Of a DNA stretch of 64,000 bases, positions 60,879 through 64,000 are shown one piece after another. Positions within the stretch are counted from its first letter, which is position 1; every line of letters begins with the position of its first letter. The position numbers were made by a program, and so were the translations under genes. The DNA is taken from the NCBI GenBank assembly GCA_012295275.1, contig CM022673.1:4960001-5024000 (forward strand), given 5' to 3'. This DNA comes from Chrysomallon squamiferum. Its lineage: Eukaryota; Animalia; Mollusca. The notes under the pieces are model-generated. The model saw only the letters and a list, made by a program, of their open reading frames with translations, was not told where the DNA came from and made no database searches.

Positions 60879-61999
60879 ACATGTAAAAAAAGCTAAAAGA
60901 GTTTGAAGATAATATAGTTTGCAACATTATTTTGGAAGTAATATAAATTTAGTAAATCTTTCAATCGGATTCAAGTTATAATAATTAGAATAATGACTCG
61001 TTCATTCAGCAACAGCAGGAACAATAAACACCATAAAAAATTCATCCCACAATCTATTAATATCATTTAAAACGAATACGGGAAATCCCCTAAAAATAAT
61101 TATCTAATAAACTGTTTAAACGTTTTATATATATATATATATAATTCAATATGTATATATAAAACCGGGTAAACTAAAGCCAACACATTAAACGATTTTG
61201 AAAATGTAGGTCAAATTATCCTTTCATGGATTGAAAAGGCTTTGTAAGAAGTATCGTTTTATCTCCGCTTATTTGTTAATTTTTATTACTTTTTAAGAGA
61301 AGCTGTGAATTAATATCATGAATAAAGCTTTACGAAACTGATGTGTTTAGAAACGACTTACTGATATCAGCCAGTTTGACGAAGCGTCTCCAGGCCGTTC
61401 TGAGAAACTTGAGTAATTTCCGCGAATTTCGAGGGGACGTAACTCAAAATAGCTTGACAGTGGCTTATTTTAATTTGCCAGTATTTACATGATCGGCCAG
61501 TACCGAGCTTGTCACAGGCTTGGGCCTGACTGGAAATGTAGACCCCATTTGAAACAGTTCCTATATGTAGGTGACAATTATACATATTTATATATGAATT
61601 TTTTTTGTTTCTTTTTTATAGTAGGATCTGTGAAAGTAGTAAGCCCTTGATCTACCTGCTGCCCTACTCTGTTCTATACTGCTACATGGTAATGTCTTTT
61701 GGGCATTTTATCTAATTATTATTATTATTATTATTTAAAAAAAATGTATTATATATTAATACCACTATTCTCCCACCTTTAAACAGATCTGGATATTTGT
61801 TTCGAAATGTCACATTCAAGTTTCGTTAATTTTCTGCGCATGTTTGTGTAATATGAAAATAGGAGCCAGATTAAGAACGTAGCAGCTGTAGTATATTTAC
61901 GTAGGTAATAATGTTTTTTAGTAACTTTATATATATTTTTTAAAAGTATGTAACATGACAGAACAGTTATTGCTATGACAAATGTGTACATAGACATAC

Positions 62000-62045
<46 letters not shown>

Positions 62046-62222
62046 TGGTCATGTACATGTAACAGATTGAGGCCCTGATATCAGACCAGTTTCATCTCCG
62101 AAAAATCTGCCTTAAACTAATACCGAACTCTCTGACCGATATTTTTCTGTCCTGCGCACAATGGAGAAACGTTTTGTTTTATTCGATATTATCGAAATGA
62201 AGAGATATCTTTTAAATTTAAG

Positions 62223-62405
62223 TCAAAGAAGGCAGCGTCTGGTGTCACGCAGATCCTTCACACGTGTCCGATGGTGCTGTTCACAGCGTCACTTACGTGT
62301 GACGTCCCGCTACAAACAAACACGATGAAGTTTGGTGATCTTGTCTGCCCGACTTGCCAGTTCTGTCCTCAAGGTCATGAGAAAAGGTCCAGTTTTGGAA
62401 TGGTA

Positions 62406-62504
<99 letters not shown>

Positions 62505-62513
62505 TATACATAT

Positions 62514-62560
<47 letters not shown>

Positions 62561-63610
62561 GATATATATATATATATAGCACGTAAACACGCACACAAAT
62601 TACACTAAACAAATACACATAATGCACGGGCAAACCTACCAAAATGTTTAAAGAAATAAAATCAATCTAAAAAATCCCTCCGCCAAAACACAAATCAACA
62701 AATGCAATTGAAATAAATTAATAAATGAATATATTTCTTTATCAGGCAGTGTAAACAGCAAAACTTGTACAAACAAAGATAGAAGAACAACATTTGTTTG
62801 TTGCAAAGAATAACAAACATGTAATAATTATCTGTGAACTTGACTGATCCATCACCACCAGAGAACAAACATACATAAATAATATATATATGAATTAATA
62901 AAAAAATCTATAAGAAATAAATAAATAAAAAATATATTTCTTTATCAGGCAGTATAAACAGCAAAACTTGTATAAACAAATATTAAAAAAACATTTGTCT
63001 GTTGCAAAAAATAACAAACATGTAATAATCATCTCCGAAAACAAACATACATAAATAAAATCTCCACTATGAAATTATTATTATTTTTTTTTAATCTGTG
63101 TATATGAAGCAAAAATGTTTTACAAATTCACAGAAACTATTTGCATCTGCAATTTCGTTTTTCTTGTAAAGGGACACTAAAAAGAAGATAGAAAAAATCA
63201 TAACAGAAAATAAATAATTTAATTAATTATTTAATGAATAGGTATTTTCAATGCAGCAATAAGTCAAATTTATTTCATTTCTATCTGCAGATTTGTTATC
63301 AACTTATAAGTCGAAATTATAATTTAATACAGTTGATTAGTTAATCACCATAGTAAAATCAAGCTGCCTTGCTAAGAAAATACGCACAAATTATCATACA
63401 ATTAACATAATGTTAAATATCCAGCGTGTATCTCATTTTCAATTACGTCAGCAGATCCGTCTGAAAAAAGACAAAACTGTTTTTGCGTGTCCACAAGTTT
63501 TGTGTGTGACATCAACAGATCATTGTCCCGTGCCTTTGCAAACGACCAAGATGTCCTTCATGGGTCAAGAGTGTGCAGGGTGTCCTTACTGCCCTACTGA
63601 CCGTATCTGA
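62223..63610 (+). CDS. Two-module CPxxxC Cys-rich peptide precursor; exons 62223(or 62236)-62402 and 63455-63610; possible upstream exon ending 61688
   Basis: ..HTCPMVLFTASLTCDVPLQTNTMKFGDLVCPTCQFCPQGHEKRSSFGM|IRLKKDKTVFACPQVLCVTSTDHCPVPLQTTKMSFMGQECAGCPYCPTDRI*. Phase-0 junction is in frame. Start codon unresolved. Confidence 0.65.
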
Positions 63611-63838
63611 AGTTGGTACAATTATCTTTTCGTTGTATTTGTTTTCCTTCGAAAACAATGCTGTCTCATTTTCATTGTATTTAGAACATGTTCAATATTT
63701 AAAAACTCTCTCTGTTTTCAGTATTTAGGCAATTTAATATCAGTCTTATAAAGGCTACTTTTAATTCTTTCTTTTTCTTTTTCAAATTAAAGTTTTGAAA
63801 GTGGTAAGGATTGGTGGCCAAAATATGATCTGTTGTTG

Positions 63839-63893
<55 letters not shown>

Positions 63894-64000
63894 GGTATGA
63901 GAAATGCCAATCCACAGACTTTATTTTAAGATTTAACATCGACAGCGTAAATACATAGGTTAATTGTTAAATCTTCTTTAAGGGTAGTGTTCTTGAACAG

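Overview
Eukaryotic, AT-rich, microsatellite-dense genomic DNA with GT-AG introns. A gastropod-like mollusc is my inference from the protein families and rRNA remnants, not a database result. From left to right: (1) the 3' part of a cyclic-nucleotide-binding-domain gene (1324-5301); (2) a ~24 kb cluster of small secreted Cys-rich protein genes, comprising a 6-module pacifastin/VWC-like precursor, three tandem paralogs of a ~96-aa CX3C...CX3C helical prepropeptide, a VWC protein and 6-Cys 'CPxxxC' peptide genes; (3) an internally deleted copy of a poly-ubiquitin-like + death-domain gene; (4) an orphan rDNA fragment (28S 3' end, ~0.83 kb spacer, 18S 5' end; minus strand); (5) a >=20 kb, ~374-bp tandem satellite (~54 visible units, one 200-N gap, two subfamilies); (6) the intact ~829-aa tandem-UBL + death-domain gene and a further CPxxxC peptide gene. 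The two flanks of the satellite are diverged, rearranged duplicates of each other. Gene models were built by hand from splice signals and frame continuity. Most supplied ORFs (microsatellite and satellite translations) are spurious.
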